64,000 bases of DNA, taken from IMG/VR virus record IMGVR_UViG_3300036828_000771, positions 13,590 through 77,589 of that record; one strand, written 5' to 3'. Position 1 is the first letter of the stretch. Each line of letters opens with the position of its first letter. This document shows, piece after piece, positions 44,708 through 54,128 of this stretch. A model generated the notes under the pieces. That model was given only the letters and a program-made list of their open reading frames with translations, did no database searches and was not told the origin of the DNA. This DNA is from a virus. Position numbers and translations under genes: made by a program.

Positions 44708-45978
44708 GCGCCGACGACGAATGGGACGACTATGATCAGGCCACTGGCGGCTCGAAGCGCTTCAAGGTCGTGCCCGGTTCGCCCGAGGGCAAGGGCTTTC
44801 CTCAGCCTCGTGTCATCACCGACGAAGACCTCGACGAAGACACGCTACCGCCTCGACGATGGCTCAAGGGCCGTAGTCTTATTCGCGGCGATCTCACTGG
44901 CATCGTCGGCGATGGCGGTGTCGGCAAGTCGAGCCTCGAACTGATGACCGCTATTTCCCTCATCACTGGCCGCGAAACACTGGTCGGCGAAATGATATAC
45001 GAGAACGGCCCGGTGTGGCTGCACAACTGCGAGGACTCCGTCGAGGAGGTCCGTCGCCGCCTGATCGCCATCCTCAAACACTTCAATATCCCGAACGATG
45101 ATGTCGTCAACCGGCTGTTCATCACCAGCGGCCTCGACAACGAGTTCATCGTCATGCGGCGCGACCGCTTCAGCGGTCTACTGGTCCCGACCCCGCATGT
45201 CGCGAACTGCATCGAACACATCAAAGACCTCGGCATCATCTACGCCAGCTTCGATCCGTTCGGCGGGTTGGTCGAGGACACCAACGAGAACAGCAATCTC
45301 GAAGTCCGCAAGGGTCTCACTCAGTTTAAGCAGATCGCCTACCAGACCAGCGCATCCATCGCCGTCGACCATCACACCGGCAAGGCACCGCGCGGCTACA
45401 AGAGCGATCCCACTGACCCCAACGTCGCACGCGGCGGCAGAGCCTTCGTCGACACTTGCCGAATCGTCCAGCAGATCACCACCATCACCGAGGCTGACGC
45501 CGATAAGTTCGAGATTCATACCGACGACAGGCATCTCTACCTGCGGCGCGACAACGGCAAGATCAATCTCTCGCTGCTCGATGGCAAAGCACTCGGCTGG
45601 TACAAGCGCGAGACCATCACCTTGCGCAACGGCGATGATGTCGGTGTCATCGTCCCGCACAAGTTCGGCAAAGGCGAGACCATCGAGGGCATCGAGGACG
45701 AGCGCGACGAGAACCTCATCCTCGCGCTGGTCGAACGCCGCTTCTCCGAAGGCCAGCCCTTGTCGTCCACGCCGCAGGCCGCCATGCGCTACCTGCCCGT
45801 CGTGATCGCCCAGTTGCCTATCGGCGAGAGAGTCGCCGAAGGCAGGGCCAAAAGGATCATGACCAAGCTCTATGCCCATGACCGAATCTGGGTCGTCACG
45901 ACCAGCAAGAAGGACAAGACCAAGGGCCTCTGCACAGCCCAGCAAGCCCGCACGCTCAACTTGCAAAAGGAGGAATAG
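44704..45978 (+). CDS. AAA_25 (RepA/DnaB-like) replicative helicase
   Basis: PPRRWL, Walker A GDGGVGKS, NCED, FDP, HHTGK and ARGG motifs. Confidence 0.85.
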   Translation: MSADDEWDDYDQATGGSKRFKVVPGSPEGKGFPQPRVITDEDLDEDTLPPRRWLKGRSLIRGDLTGIVGDGGVGKSSLELMTAISLITGRETLVGEMIYENGPVWLHNCEDSVEEVRRRLIAILKHFNIPNDDVVNRLFITSGLDNEFIVMRRDRFSGLLVPTPHVANCIEHIKDLGIIYASFDPFGGLVEDTNENSNLEVRKGLTQFKQIAYQTSASIAVDHHTGKAPRGYKSDPTDPNVARGGRAFVDTCRIVQQITTITEADADKFEIHTDDRHLYLRRDNGKINLSLLDGKALGWYKRETITLRNGDDVGVIVPHKFGKGETIEGIEDERDENLILALVERRFSEGQPLSSTPQAAMRYLPVVIAQLPIGERVAEGRAKRIMTKLYAHDRIWVVTTSKKDKTKGLCTAQQARTLNLQKEE

Positions 45979-46002
45979 TATTTTCAACCATCGGCTAGCG
46001 GA

Positions 46003-46113
46003 GCGGAAGTTCCAAGAGGGTCGCGGAAGTAGTTCCGGGGCCGTTGATAACAAAGCGGAAGTTCGCGGCGGAAGTTTCTCCCTAGAACCCTAGTGTGAGT
46101 CTTCGTCTCACAC
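46003..46113. repeat. Iteron-like repeats, candidate replication origin
   Basis: GCGGAAGT at 46003, 46023, 46055 and 46068; hairpin GTGTGAG/CTCACAC. Confidence 0.55.
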
Positions 46114-46191
46114 ACTCCCTACGGTCGTGTGAGATCGACTCACCCCGGCGATTACCAGAGTAATTTTATTACCCACTCGAAAGGATACCCC

Positions 46192-46398
46192 ATGACCCGC
46201 CTCGACCAGTACGACACCCTCCTCGATCTCCTCGTCCAAGCCGTCCGCACCCTCCATGCCCCGGTCGACGATGGCGAACCCTCGCCCATGATCGAGCACT
46301 ACCGCCACCACATCGGTCTCCAGCTTCAACTCACCGAGCGACTCGTCCACGACTACTTCGACATGCTTGACGTGACCAAAGCCGATGCCCCACATTAA
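46192..46398 (+). CDS. Hypothetical protein
   Basis: RBS GAAAGGA. Confidence 0.55.
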   Translation: MTRLDQYDTLLDLLVQAVRTLHAPVDDGEPSPMIEHYRHHIGLQLQLTERLVHDYFDMLDVTKADAPH

Positions 46399-46822
46399 GG
46401 GCATCTTGAAAGTCGTCGGCTGGCTCTGTGCCATCGCCTTTGCCCTGTGGGGATTCGCCATGCTCGACAGCCAGACCGCCTGCCAGTTGGCCTGCCAATG
46501 AACAGCGAAGCCCTGCGCGGCAGCACCAAGGTCGACGCTGGCGGACACATGCCCCACTTCGGCGACACCGAAAGGTTCGATGAACCAATGCTCGCCGGCC
46601 TGCTGTTCTCCGCCATCGCCCTCATCGTCATCGCCCTCATCGCCCTGCGGAGAAAACACCGATGAGCAAAATCGTCTACCAAGTCACCATCGAAACCAAA
46701 GGCAACGAGCCCGAGCCCGATGACGAACTCGCCGGCACTCTCGAATTTGTAATCCTCGAAGCCTACGCATCCGGCGATCCCATCACCGTCAAAGTCAAAG
46801 TCCTCGAACGCACCGACACGCC

Positions 46823-47086
46823 ATGACCCAACCCATCACCCGCAACGACGGCCAGCCGCTCCGCCTCAGCTTCTACGAAGCCATGCTCTACACCGGACTC
46901 GACCGAGCCCTCCTCAGCTTCATCCTCATCAACCATCTCAGCCTCAACGCCGTCGAACGCCGCAGCATCGCCATCGAAACCCTCGACCGCGCCACCCTCA
47001 TCGCCCGCCGATATCCCACCGGACCACCCCACAAATCCCAACCCGCAAGGCCCCTCCATCCGCGACAGATCGCACGTCGCGCTTGA
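46823..47086 (+). CDS. Hypothetical protein
   Basis: Packed ORF in the C-rich segment. Confidence 0.45.
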   Translation: MTQPITRNDGQPLRLSFYEAMLYTGLDRALLSFILINHLSLNAVERRSIAIETLDRATLIARRYPTGPPHKSQPARPLHPRQIARRA

Positions 47087-47209
47087 CAGGCACCCCGATG
47101 TTGTGGCTGGAATCCGCCCTGTCGCAAACTGTGGAACTGTCGGGGAGGCTCCAATGAGGGGTTCGTAGCACAAAGCGCACATTGCACTGTCCGGCAGGCG
47201 TGTACGGAG

Positions 47210-47229
47210 ATGTCCTAATTTAAGGGCAG
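47210..47229. promoter_or_regulatory. Operator palindrome upstream of the nusG paralog
   Basis: Core GTCCTAATTTAAGGGC is identical to 23894-23909. Confidence 0.65.
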
Positions 47230-47260
47230 GAGGTTCCCCCACCAACAGTAGTTCAGTTCA

Positions 47261-47797
47261 ATGTTCGCGTGGCATGTCGCTACCACAAGACCATTCTCCG
47301 AACTCATCGCAGAGAGACACCTCGAACAGCAACGCTTCCAAGCGTTCAACCCCAAGTGCCTCGATATGCGAATCGTCCGGGGTCGCCGTGTCACCGTCGA
47401 AAAGCCCTACATCCCCGGTTATATCTTCATCAATTTCGACGACACCGCCGAAAACTGGCAGTCCATCAACTACACGCGCGGCATCATCTCCCTCATCTAC
47501 GCCTCGCCCGAGCATCCCGCCGTCGTCAAACCCGACGCCATGCAAATCCTCATCGACCGATGCTCCGGTGGCCAGTACATCACCGAGCACGAGATCGACC
47601 AGCACATCGCCAAGCTCGTCCCCATCGCCGCTACCGTCCGCATCACCAGCGGCCCGTTCGACGGCCTCCACGGCATCGTCAAGTGGTCCCACCACCACAG
47701 AGTCGCCGTCCTCATGCGCTTCCTCGGCGTCGTCCGCGAAATTGACATCTCCGCCAAGGCTGTAGAGGTTATCTCCCCTCTGCCACCACGATCCTAA
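47261..47797 (+). CDS. NusG/RfaH-family transcription antiterminator
   Basis: NGN domain WHVATT..., PYIPGYIFI, INYTRGI; KOW VRITSGPFDGLHG. Confidence 0.88.
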   Translation: MFAWHVATTRPFSELIAERHLEQQRFQAFNPKCLDMRIVRGRRVTVEKPYIPGYIFINFDDTAENWQSINYTRGIISLIYASPEHPAVVKPDAMQILIDRCSGGQYITEHEIDQHIAKLVPIAATVRITSGPFDGLHGIVKWSHHHRVAVLMRFLGVVREIDISAKAVEVISPLPPRS

Positions 47798-47816
47798 ATG
47801 TAGTCGCGAGTAGATC

Positions 47817-48281
47817 ATGGCTCAGACCAGCGTTGTCCCGCTGCCCAAGCCTCGACCCGGTCCACCGAAAGGCGTCCGCTACGGCGGCAGGCAGAAAGGC
47901 ACACCGAACAAGCGCACACCCGAGATGGTGCTGCTCGCGCGGCAGTACGGACCAGAGGTGCTCGCCAAGTTCATCAACCTGCTGCGCAAAAGCGACGACG
48001 AGGACATTGTCCTAAGAGCAGGGCAGGAGATTCTCAACCGAGGCTTCGGCCGACCTCCAACCGCTGTTGCTTTGACCGGCCCACAAGGCGAGCCGCTCGA
48101 CTTCACGAGGCTCGATGATGGACAACTCCAACGGCTTCTCGCCCACCTCGAACAGTTTGTCCTTGGAACGGGCGAGGAGAGTCATCCCATACTTGAAGGC
48201 CGAGCTACAGAAGCGCGAACGATTGGCGAGGGAACGGCAGGACCTCGCGAACCGACTGGAGGAGATTCGCGAGAGGTGTGA
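47817..48281 (+). CDS. terS: Terminase small subunit
   Basis: GGRQKGTPNKRT, EILNRGFGRP, LTGPQGEPL; upstream of terL. Confidence 0.75.
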   Translation: MAQTSVVPLPKPRPGPPKGVRYGGRQKGTPNKRTPEMVLLARQYGPEVLAKFINLLRKSDDEDIVLRAGQEILNRGFGRPPTAVALTGPQGEPLDFTRLDDGQLQRLLAHLEQFVLGTGEESHPILEGRATEARTIGEGTAGPREPTGGDSREV

Positions 48282-49752
48282 GAACTTCGTCGGCTTCATC
48301 AAGGAAGCGTGGAACAAGCTCGAACCGACCACCAACTACAAGCCTTCGTTCCACCACGACGCCATCGGCGATCACCTGCACGCCGTCAATCTCGGCCAGA
48401 TACAGCGCCTCGTCATCAACCAGCCACCCGGCACGATGAAGTCGCTCACCGTCTCCGTGCTGTTGCAGGCATGGGAATGGGGACCGCGCAAAGCACCCGG
48501 CTTACGCTACCTCACTACCTCGTATCGCGAAGACTGGGCGCGGCGAGACTCGCGCAAGAGCCGCGATCTCATCCAGAGCGAATGGTATCGCACGCTCTAC
48601 CCAGAGATCGTGCTGATCCGCGACGGCGAGACCGACTTCGAGAACACCTTCCTCGGCACCCGCAAAGCGGTGCCCTTCAAGTCCCTCACCGCCGGGCGCG
48701 GCAATCGTGTCGTGGTCGACGATCCTCACTCCACCGAACAGGCTGAGTCGGATGCTGACCGCGAAGTAGCGACTCGTGTCTTTCGTGAATCGGTGACTAG
48801 TCGACTCAACGATCCCGAAAAGGACTGCATCATCATCTGCATGCACCGACTGCATCCAGACGATGTGTGCGGGGTCATCGAACGGCTCGGCCTGCCCTAC
48901 ACCAAGCTCGTGCTGCCCATGGAGTACAGCCGCAGCCTCGAAGTGCGCACGCCATGGTTCAAGGACCCGCGCACCAAGGAGAACGAGCTTCTCTGCCCCA
49001 ACCGCATCAACCGCGAGACCGTCGAGCAGAACAAGATCGAACTCGGCGACCACGCCTACGCCACCCAGTACCAGCAGCAGGCCAAGGCCCGCGAGGGCAG
49101 TTTCTTCTTCAACCCCGAGCACTTCCTCGTCGAGGTCACGCGCGAGGACGGCTCGAAGTTCTTCGCGCCGGCAGCAACGCCCACGATCTGCGATTCGGTG
49201 TTCGCCGTGATCGACACCGCGAGCAAGGTCGGCAAGGCGCGCGACGGCACAGGCTGCGGCTGGTACGCCTACACCAAGTATCCCGAGGAGCAACTGCGGC
49301 TCTTGGACTGGGACCTCATCCAGATCGAGGCGGCGGTGCTGGAGCACTGGCTGCCCGGCGTGCTGGAGCGCTGCGAGGAACTGGCCGCGCTCACCCACGC
49401 GCGCTACGGCCACACCGGCGCGTGGATCGAGGACAAGGACTCGGGCATCGTGCTGTTGCAGCAGGCAGCCAATCGCGACCTGCTCGCTCAGCCGATTGAG
49501 ACCAAGCTCACCGGCATGGGCAAGGATGCCCGGGCGCTGTACTGCTCGGGCGATATCTACAAGGGTAAATTCAAAGTGTGTCAGGAGGCTTACGACAAGA
49601 CGACCAGCTATCATGGTCGCACGCGCAATCACTTCTGGTGGCAGGCCACCAACTTCCGCATCGGCCACGGCACGCCGACCGACGAAGACGAAATGTTCGA
49701 CGTTTTGTGCTATGGAGCCGCCATTGCATTCGGGAACCCAGATCAACTCTGA
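48115..49752 (+). CDS. terL: Terminase large subunit (start uncertain, possibly TTG near 48163)
   Basis: NQPPGTMKS, VVDDPH, MHRLH, QYQQ, VIDTASK, IEDKDSG and DEMFD motifs. Confidence 0.92.
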   Translation: MMDNSNGFSPTSNSLSLERARRVIPYLKAELQKRERLARERQDLANRLEEIRERCENFVGFIKEAWNKLEPTTNYKPSFHHDAIGDHLHAVNLGQIQRLVINQPPGTMKSLTVSVLLQAWEWGPRKAPGLRYLTTSYREDWARRDSRKSRDLIQSEWYRTLYPEIVLIRDGETDFENTFLGTRKAVPFKSLTAGRGNRVVVDDPHSTEQAESDADREVATRVFRESVTSRLNDPEKDCIIICMHRLHPDDVCGVIERLGLPYTKLVLPMEYSRSLEVRTPWFKDPRTKENELLCPNRINRETVEQNKIELGDHAYATQYQQQAKAREGSFFFNPEHFLVEVTREDGSKFFAPAATPTICDSVFAVIDTASKVGKARDGTGCGWYAYTKYPEEQLRLLDWDLIQIEAAVLEHWLPGVLERCEELAALTHARYGHTGAWIEDKDSGIVLLQQAANRDLLAQPIETKLTGMGKDARALYCSGDIYKGKFKVCQEAYDKTTSYHGRTRNHFWWQATNFRIGHGTPTDEDEMFDVLCYGAAIAFGNPDQL

Positions 49753-50176
49753 TCTGCCGACTGCCGGGCGGGGCGAATCATTCCATGGACTACCGGGACG
49801 TGCTGGCGGCGATTGCCATCGTCGTGGTCTTGGTTATGCTCATCGTGTCGGTGAAGTTGATCTTCGAGGATGATGGGAACGGGAAGACATGAACCCAGCC
49901 AACGAGCGCGGCACGGTCGAGCAGGTGATGGCCTTTGCGAATAGGCTGCGTCCGCCGCAGGCTGGTGTCCATGTCCTAAATTGCTGGCATGATGGCGGTG
50001 ATCCGCACGACCTCGCCTACATGCTCGACGGCCTGATGTATCATCAATGGATTGAGCGGCATGGATTACGACAGTGACCTACTAGCCGGCATCATCTTCA
50101 TCCTGCTCTGTCTGGGCGTCGTGCTGGCTCTCCCTCTGGCCGACGACGAGAAGGATGATGAGAACGGCCCAGCGTC

Positions 50177-50434
50177 GTGGTGAACACCGAGGACGGCAAG
50201 CCGCTCGACTGCGAGACGCAGGGCGTCAAGACCATCGTGGCGCTCGACGAGAAGGGCGATGAGATCGGCCGCTGGCTGGTGGCCGCGAACGAGTTCCGCA
50301 TCTTCCTCGGCAGCGAGTGCAAGGCTTTCACGCAGCACAACGAGGGCGCGGTCCAACTGACGGTGCGCCACATGCCGCCGGTCAGCGCGCATACAGCCTC
50401 GCTGCTGGCGGCAGAGGAATCGATCAAGCACTGA
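50177..50434 (+). CDS. Hypothetical protein
   Basis: Good codon usage; between terL and portal. Confidence 0.5.
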   Translation: MVNTEDGKPLDCETQGVKTIVALDEKGDEIGRWLVAANEFRIFLGSECKAFTQHNEGAVQLTVRHMPPVSAHTASLLAAEESIKH

Positions 50435-50444
50435 GGAGCGAGCC

Positions 50445-50633
50445 ATGCCAGACCCCAAGCCCACCGCCAAGCCCGCCGCACAGCCCAAGCGGCGCTATGA
50501 GCCCATCAAGGACTATCGCACGCTGCCGCGCCATCGGATGGAGTTCGGTCGCGAGATCAGTGCGACCAACTACTGGAAGGACAAGATGCCCGAGACCAGT
50601 TCGATCAACCCTGAGCGGGTGCCGCGCCGGTGA
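50445..50633 (+). CDS. Hypothetical protein
   Basis: RBS GAGGAG. Confidence 0.5.
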   Translation: MPDPKPTAKPAAQPKRRYEPIKDYRTLPRHRMEFGREISATNYWKDKMPETSSINPERVPRR

Positions 50634-51772
50634 CGCCTCCCTACAAGCTGGTCGACCAAGCGACCGGCGAGGAAGTGTTCACCGACATGGACACCGCGCC
50701 CGGCCAGTTCATCGAAGTGTGGAGCGGACCGACGCCGTCGAATCCCGACAGTCGCATCAGTCCCGGTGCGCTCGAACGGCCCGGTGGCGAGACGCCACCT
50801 CAGCCCATCCCACCCGACCCCGGCCCCGATCCGATTCCTCCAACCCCCGGAGACAACGGCATGGACAGCGTCACCAATGAGACCCAACTGCGCGATGCGT
50901 TGCAGACCTACGCCAACGAGTCGCGCGTCGGCTCGCTGGGCAACAAGACGCCGATCACCATGACCCAACCTATCGTCATCAAACAGTTGAGCACGGACGG
51001 CTTCCCGTGGGGCGTCAACGCCAACTTCCTGCGCGTGCTGTGGAAGGGCGATGGCGGGCGCGACATGATCACCTACCAAGGAGTCGACGGCATCGGAAAC
51101 CGCTGCCTCTACGTCGAGAAGCTGTGCATGGATGGCAACGGCTGGGGCGCAGCGCCGGCCGGCTCGTGCCTCAAGCTCTATGCGCCAGACGGCGACCCGG
51201 GTTCGATCTACAAGTTCACGCTCAGGGACATCTTCACCGGCTACGCCACGCATGGCGTCACGTTGTCCGGGGCAGTGTTCGAGGGCCTGATGGAGAACAT
51301 CCACGCCGAGAACCACATCGGCGATGGCATCTTCATGGAGCACCTCGGGCTCGACGGCATGAGCCCGTGGAGCATCGTCTCGAACATCATGATCGTGCAC
51401 CCGAACTCTAGCCGCAACTTCGGCGCGGGCATGCGGCAGGTCTACAGCGTCAACAGCATCATGGGCAGCTACGTGCTCAACGCCGCAGGCGGAATCGTTG
51501 CGCCCGATGGCCTGCGCTCCGTGCTGGCCAGCAACGGCGAGAACACCGGCGAGCAACTGTTCGTGCTCGGCTCCAACGGCTACGGCTCGGTGGTCGAAGG
51601 CTGCGAGGCCTCGACCGATGCCAATACGCGGTGCCGCAAGTACGAGAACGGCCAGTGGGTCGATGTCGGCAAGCCGCTGCTCTACGGCATGAACGATGTC
51701 GGCGCGCACGAGGAAGGCAGCCACATCAGCTACTACGGCGACGGCACGCAGAACCCGCGCTGGATGAAGTAG
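50630..51772 (+). CDS. Right-handed beta-helix (pectin-lyase-like) protein
   Basis: Pro-rich linker then repeats such as LCMDGN, HGVTL, ENHIGDGIF, NFGAGM and NAAGGI. Confidence 0.6.
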   Translation: MTPPYKLVDQATGEEVFTDMDTAPGQFIEVWSGPTPSNPDSRISPGALERPGGETPPQPIPPDPGPDPIPPTPGDNGMDSVTNETQLRDALQTYANESRVGSLGNKTPITMTQPIVIKQLSTDGFPWGVNANFLRVLWKGDGGRDMITYQGVDGIGNRCLYVEKLCMDGNGWGAAPAGSCLKLYAPDGDPGSIYKFTLRDIFTGYATHGVTLSGAVFEGLMENIHAENHIGDGIFMEHLGLDGMSPWSIVSNIMIVHPNSSRNFGAGMRQVYSVNSIMGSYVLNAAGGIVAPDGLRSVLASNGENTGEQLFVLGSNGYGSVVEGCEASTDANTRCRKYENGQWVDVGKPLLYGMNDVGAHEEGSHISYYGDGTQNPRWMK

Positions 51773-51800
51773 GAACGACCACGCGAAGCACGCAACGGTC

Positions 51801-51844
51801 GGGGTAGGGGGCGAACCGCTCGCGTCAGAGCGCCCGCCTACCCC
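51801..51844. other. Stem-loop after the beta-helix gene
   Basis: GGGGTAGG...CCTACCCC arms with an inner CGCTC/GAGCG stem. Confidence 0.5.
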
Positions 51845-52056
51845 ATGGAGGGCGTCATGCATGAGCGCTCGATCTCACCCACTTGGGGATTCACGTTCTA
51901 CGCGCACCGCTCAGTCGTCGAGCAGGGCGTTGCCATGGTCGAGGAAACCATGCGCGACGCTGCGCCGGGCACTGACCTGAGCGGTGTCGACCCGGTCGCG
52001 GTGACGCTGCATGCGCAGGCGCACGCGCTGTGGACGGCAGACATCGCGGGGACGGC

Positions 52057-52317
52057 ATGACGAAGCCTGCTTTCCGCCTTGCCATGCGGAGCGAAGGCGA
52101 GTGGTGGGTCGCCTCGTTGGCCGCGATTGGCACGATGGAGGGCGCAAAGGAACTGTCGCGCATGCGCGTGACACTGGCGACAGACGAGACGGTCAAACAG
52201 ATGTTCATCGACTTCAACACGAAGGTGATGGCGCGCATCATCGAGCGCAGCGGCTCGAAGGTCGAGTATTGGGATGTCCACCAAGCGCCTGAACACGAGC
52301 GCAACGGGACAGGCTAA
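52057..52317 (+). CDS. Hypothetical protein
   Basis: RLAMRSEGEWW...APEHER. Confidence 0.6.
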   Translation: MTKPAFRLAMRSEGEWWVASLAAIGTMEGAKELSRMRVTLATDETVKQMFIDFNTKVMARIIERSGSKVEYWDVHQAPEHERNGTG

Positions 52318-52320
52318 GCC

Positions 52321-53937
52321 ATGGCGACACCGACGACCGTCATCATCAACTCGTCGGCGATGGGCTCGGCTTTGTCGTCGATGCTGACGACGAACGACGA
52401 CATCCAGCCGGGGAGTTCGCCGGGCTACGAGCTTTGCAAGACGATCTACCAGTACCATCCGCTGGGCGCGAAGCTGGTCGAGCGGCCCATCGAGATCGCG
52501 CAGAGCCAAGAGCGCGAGATCAGCGTGCCGGACTCGCCCGAGTCGCGCGTGGTCGAGGCGTTCAAGAACGAGCAGACGCGGCTCGGTGTGAACAACCACA
52601 TCAGGAACGTGATGCGGCTGGCGCGGGTCTACGGCGTGGCATCGCTCGGCGTGGTCGAGGACGGCAAGAAGTTCGCCGATCCGCTCGACTTTGAGAATCT
52701 GTTCAAGTCGCAGATCACCTTCAACGTCTACGATCCGCTGAACACGGCGGGCTCGCTGGTGCTGCATCAGGACCCGCTGGCCATCGACTTCCAGCATGTC
52801 ATGCAGATCGCGGTGAACGGCCAGCCGTTCCATCGCAGCCGGTCCATCGTGGTGATGAACGAGGAGCCGATCTACATCAGCTACACCAGTTCGGCGTTCG
52901 GCTTCGTCGGCCGCAGCGTCTACCAGCGCTCGCTGTTCCCGCTGAAGTCGTTCCTGCAATGCGTGATCACCGACGATCTGGTGGCGCGCAAGGTCGGCGT
53001 GCTGGTGGCGAAGATCAAGCAGCCCGGCTCGATCATCAACAACGCGATGATCAAGCTGTTCGGCCAGAAGCGCGCGGTGGTGAAGGAGGCGGAGACCGGC
53101 GGCGTGATCTCGATCTCGCCCGAGGAAGACATCGCCTCGCTGAACTTCCAGAACGCGGACGGCCCTTACGAGGTGGCGCGCAAGAACATCATGGAGAACA
53201 TCGCCAGTGCGGCGGGCATGCCGGCGAAGCTCTTGACCGAGGAGACATTCGCCGAGGGCTTCGGTGAAGGCACCGAGGACGCCAAGGCCATCGCGCGCTA
53301 CATCGACAGCGTGCGGACCTCGATGCAGCCGCTGTACGACTTCTTCGACCGGATCGTGATGTACCGGGCGTGGAATCCGAACTTCTACAAGATCATCCAG
53401 AGCCAGTACCCGGAGTACAAAACCATCCCGTATCAGCAGGCGTTCTATCGGTGGAAGAACAGCTTCTCGTGCAAGTGGCCGTCGCTGCTGACCGAGCCCG
53501 ATTCGGAACTGGTGAAGGTCGACGAGGTGCGGCTGCGCGCGGTGATGGCGTGGGTGCAGTTGATGATGCCGATAGCCGATCCCGACAACAAGGCGCGGGT
53601 CATCGAATGGGCGGTCGACAACTTCAACGCGCTCAAGTTCCTGTTCGATACGCCGCTGGTGATGGACTACGAGGAGCTTGCGAACTACGAGCCACCGCAG
53701 CCGGCGATGGGCATGCAGCCGCCCGGGCAGAAGCCCGGGCAGCCGGGCCAGCAACCGGGGCAGGGCGGGCAGAAGCAGAACATGATGGGAGGCATGGGCG
53801 GCGGCAACTTTGCGACGCTGCCCAAGAGCCACGCCAACGATGAGGCTGTGGCGGAGTTCACCAAGGCGGTCTCGCGCATGCTGGAGTCGAAGGGCCAGCG
53901 TCGCCTGAAACTGATCGAGAGCAAGCGCGAGAAGTAG
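52321..53937 (+). CDS. Portal protein (DUF1073-type)
   Basis: HPLGAKL, ARVYG, FHRSR, GRSVYQR, IASAAGMPAKLL and GTED motifs; position after terL. Confidence 0.88.
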   Translation: MATPTTVIINSSAMGSALSSMLTTNDDIQPGSSPGYELCKTIYQYHPLGAKLVERPIEIAQSQEREISVPDSPESRVVEAFKNEQTRLGVNNHIRNVMRLARVYGVASLGVVEDGKKFADPLDFENLFKSQITFNVYDPLNTAGSLVLHQDPLAIDFQHVMQIAVNGQPFHRSRSIVVMNEEPIYISYTSSAFGFVGRSVYQRSLFPLKSFLQCVITDDLVARKVGVLVAKIKQPGSIINNAMIKLFGQKRAVVKEAETGGVISISPEEDIASLNFQNADGPYEVARKNIMENIASAAGMPAKLLTEETFAEGFGEGTEDAKAIARYIDSVRTSMQPLYDFFDRIVMYRAWNPNFYKIIQSQYPEYKTIPYQQAFYRWKNSFSCKWPSLLTEPDSELVKVDEVRLRAVMAWVQLMMPIADPDNKARVIEWAVDNFNALKFLFDTPLVMDYEELANYEPPQPAMGMQPPGQKPGQPGQQPGQGGQKQNMMGGMGGGNFATLPKSHANDEAVAEFTKAVSRMLESKGQRRLKLIESKREK

Positions 53938-54128
53938 GGCATGCCGACGATGGTGTTCGCTGACCTCTACAACGGCTGCTCGGCGGCGTGGGTGCACGAC
54001 AGCTATCGCTGGCGCGGCAAGCTGTTGCTGGGCAGGTACGCGCACTGGTGCGACAACTGGGACGGCCTGCCGATTGACGAGACCTGCTTGGAATGGCCCT
54101 GCGGCTGTAGCCTCGCGGACGAAGACTG

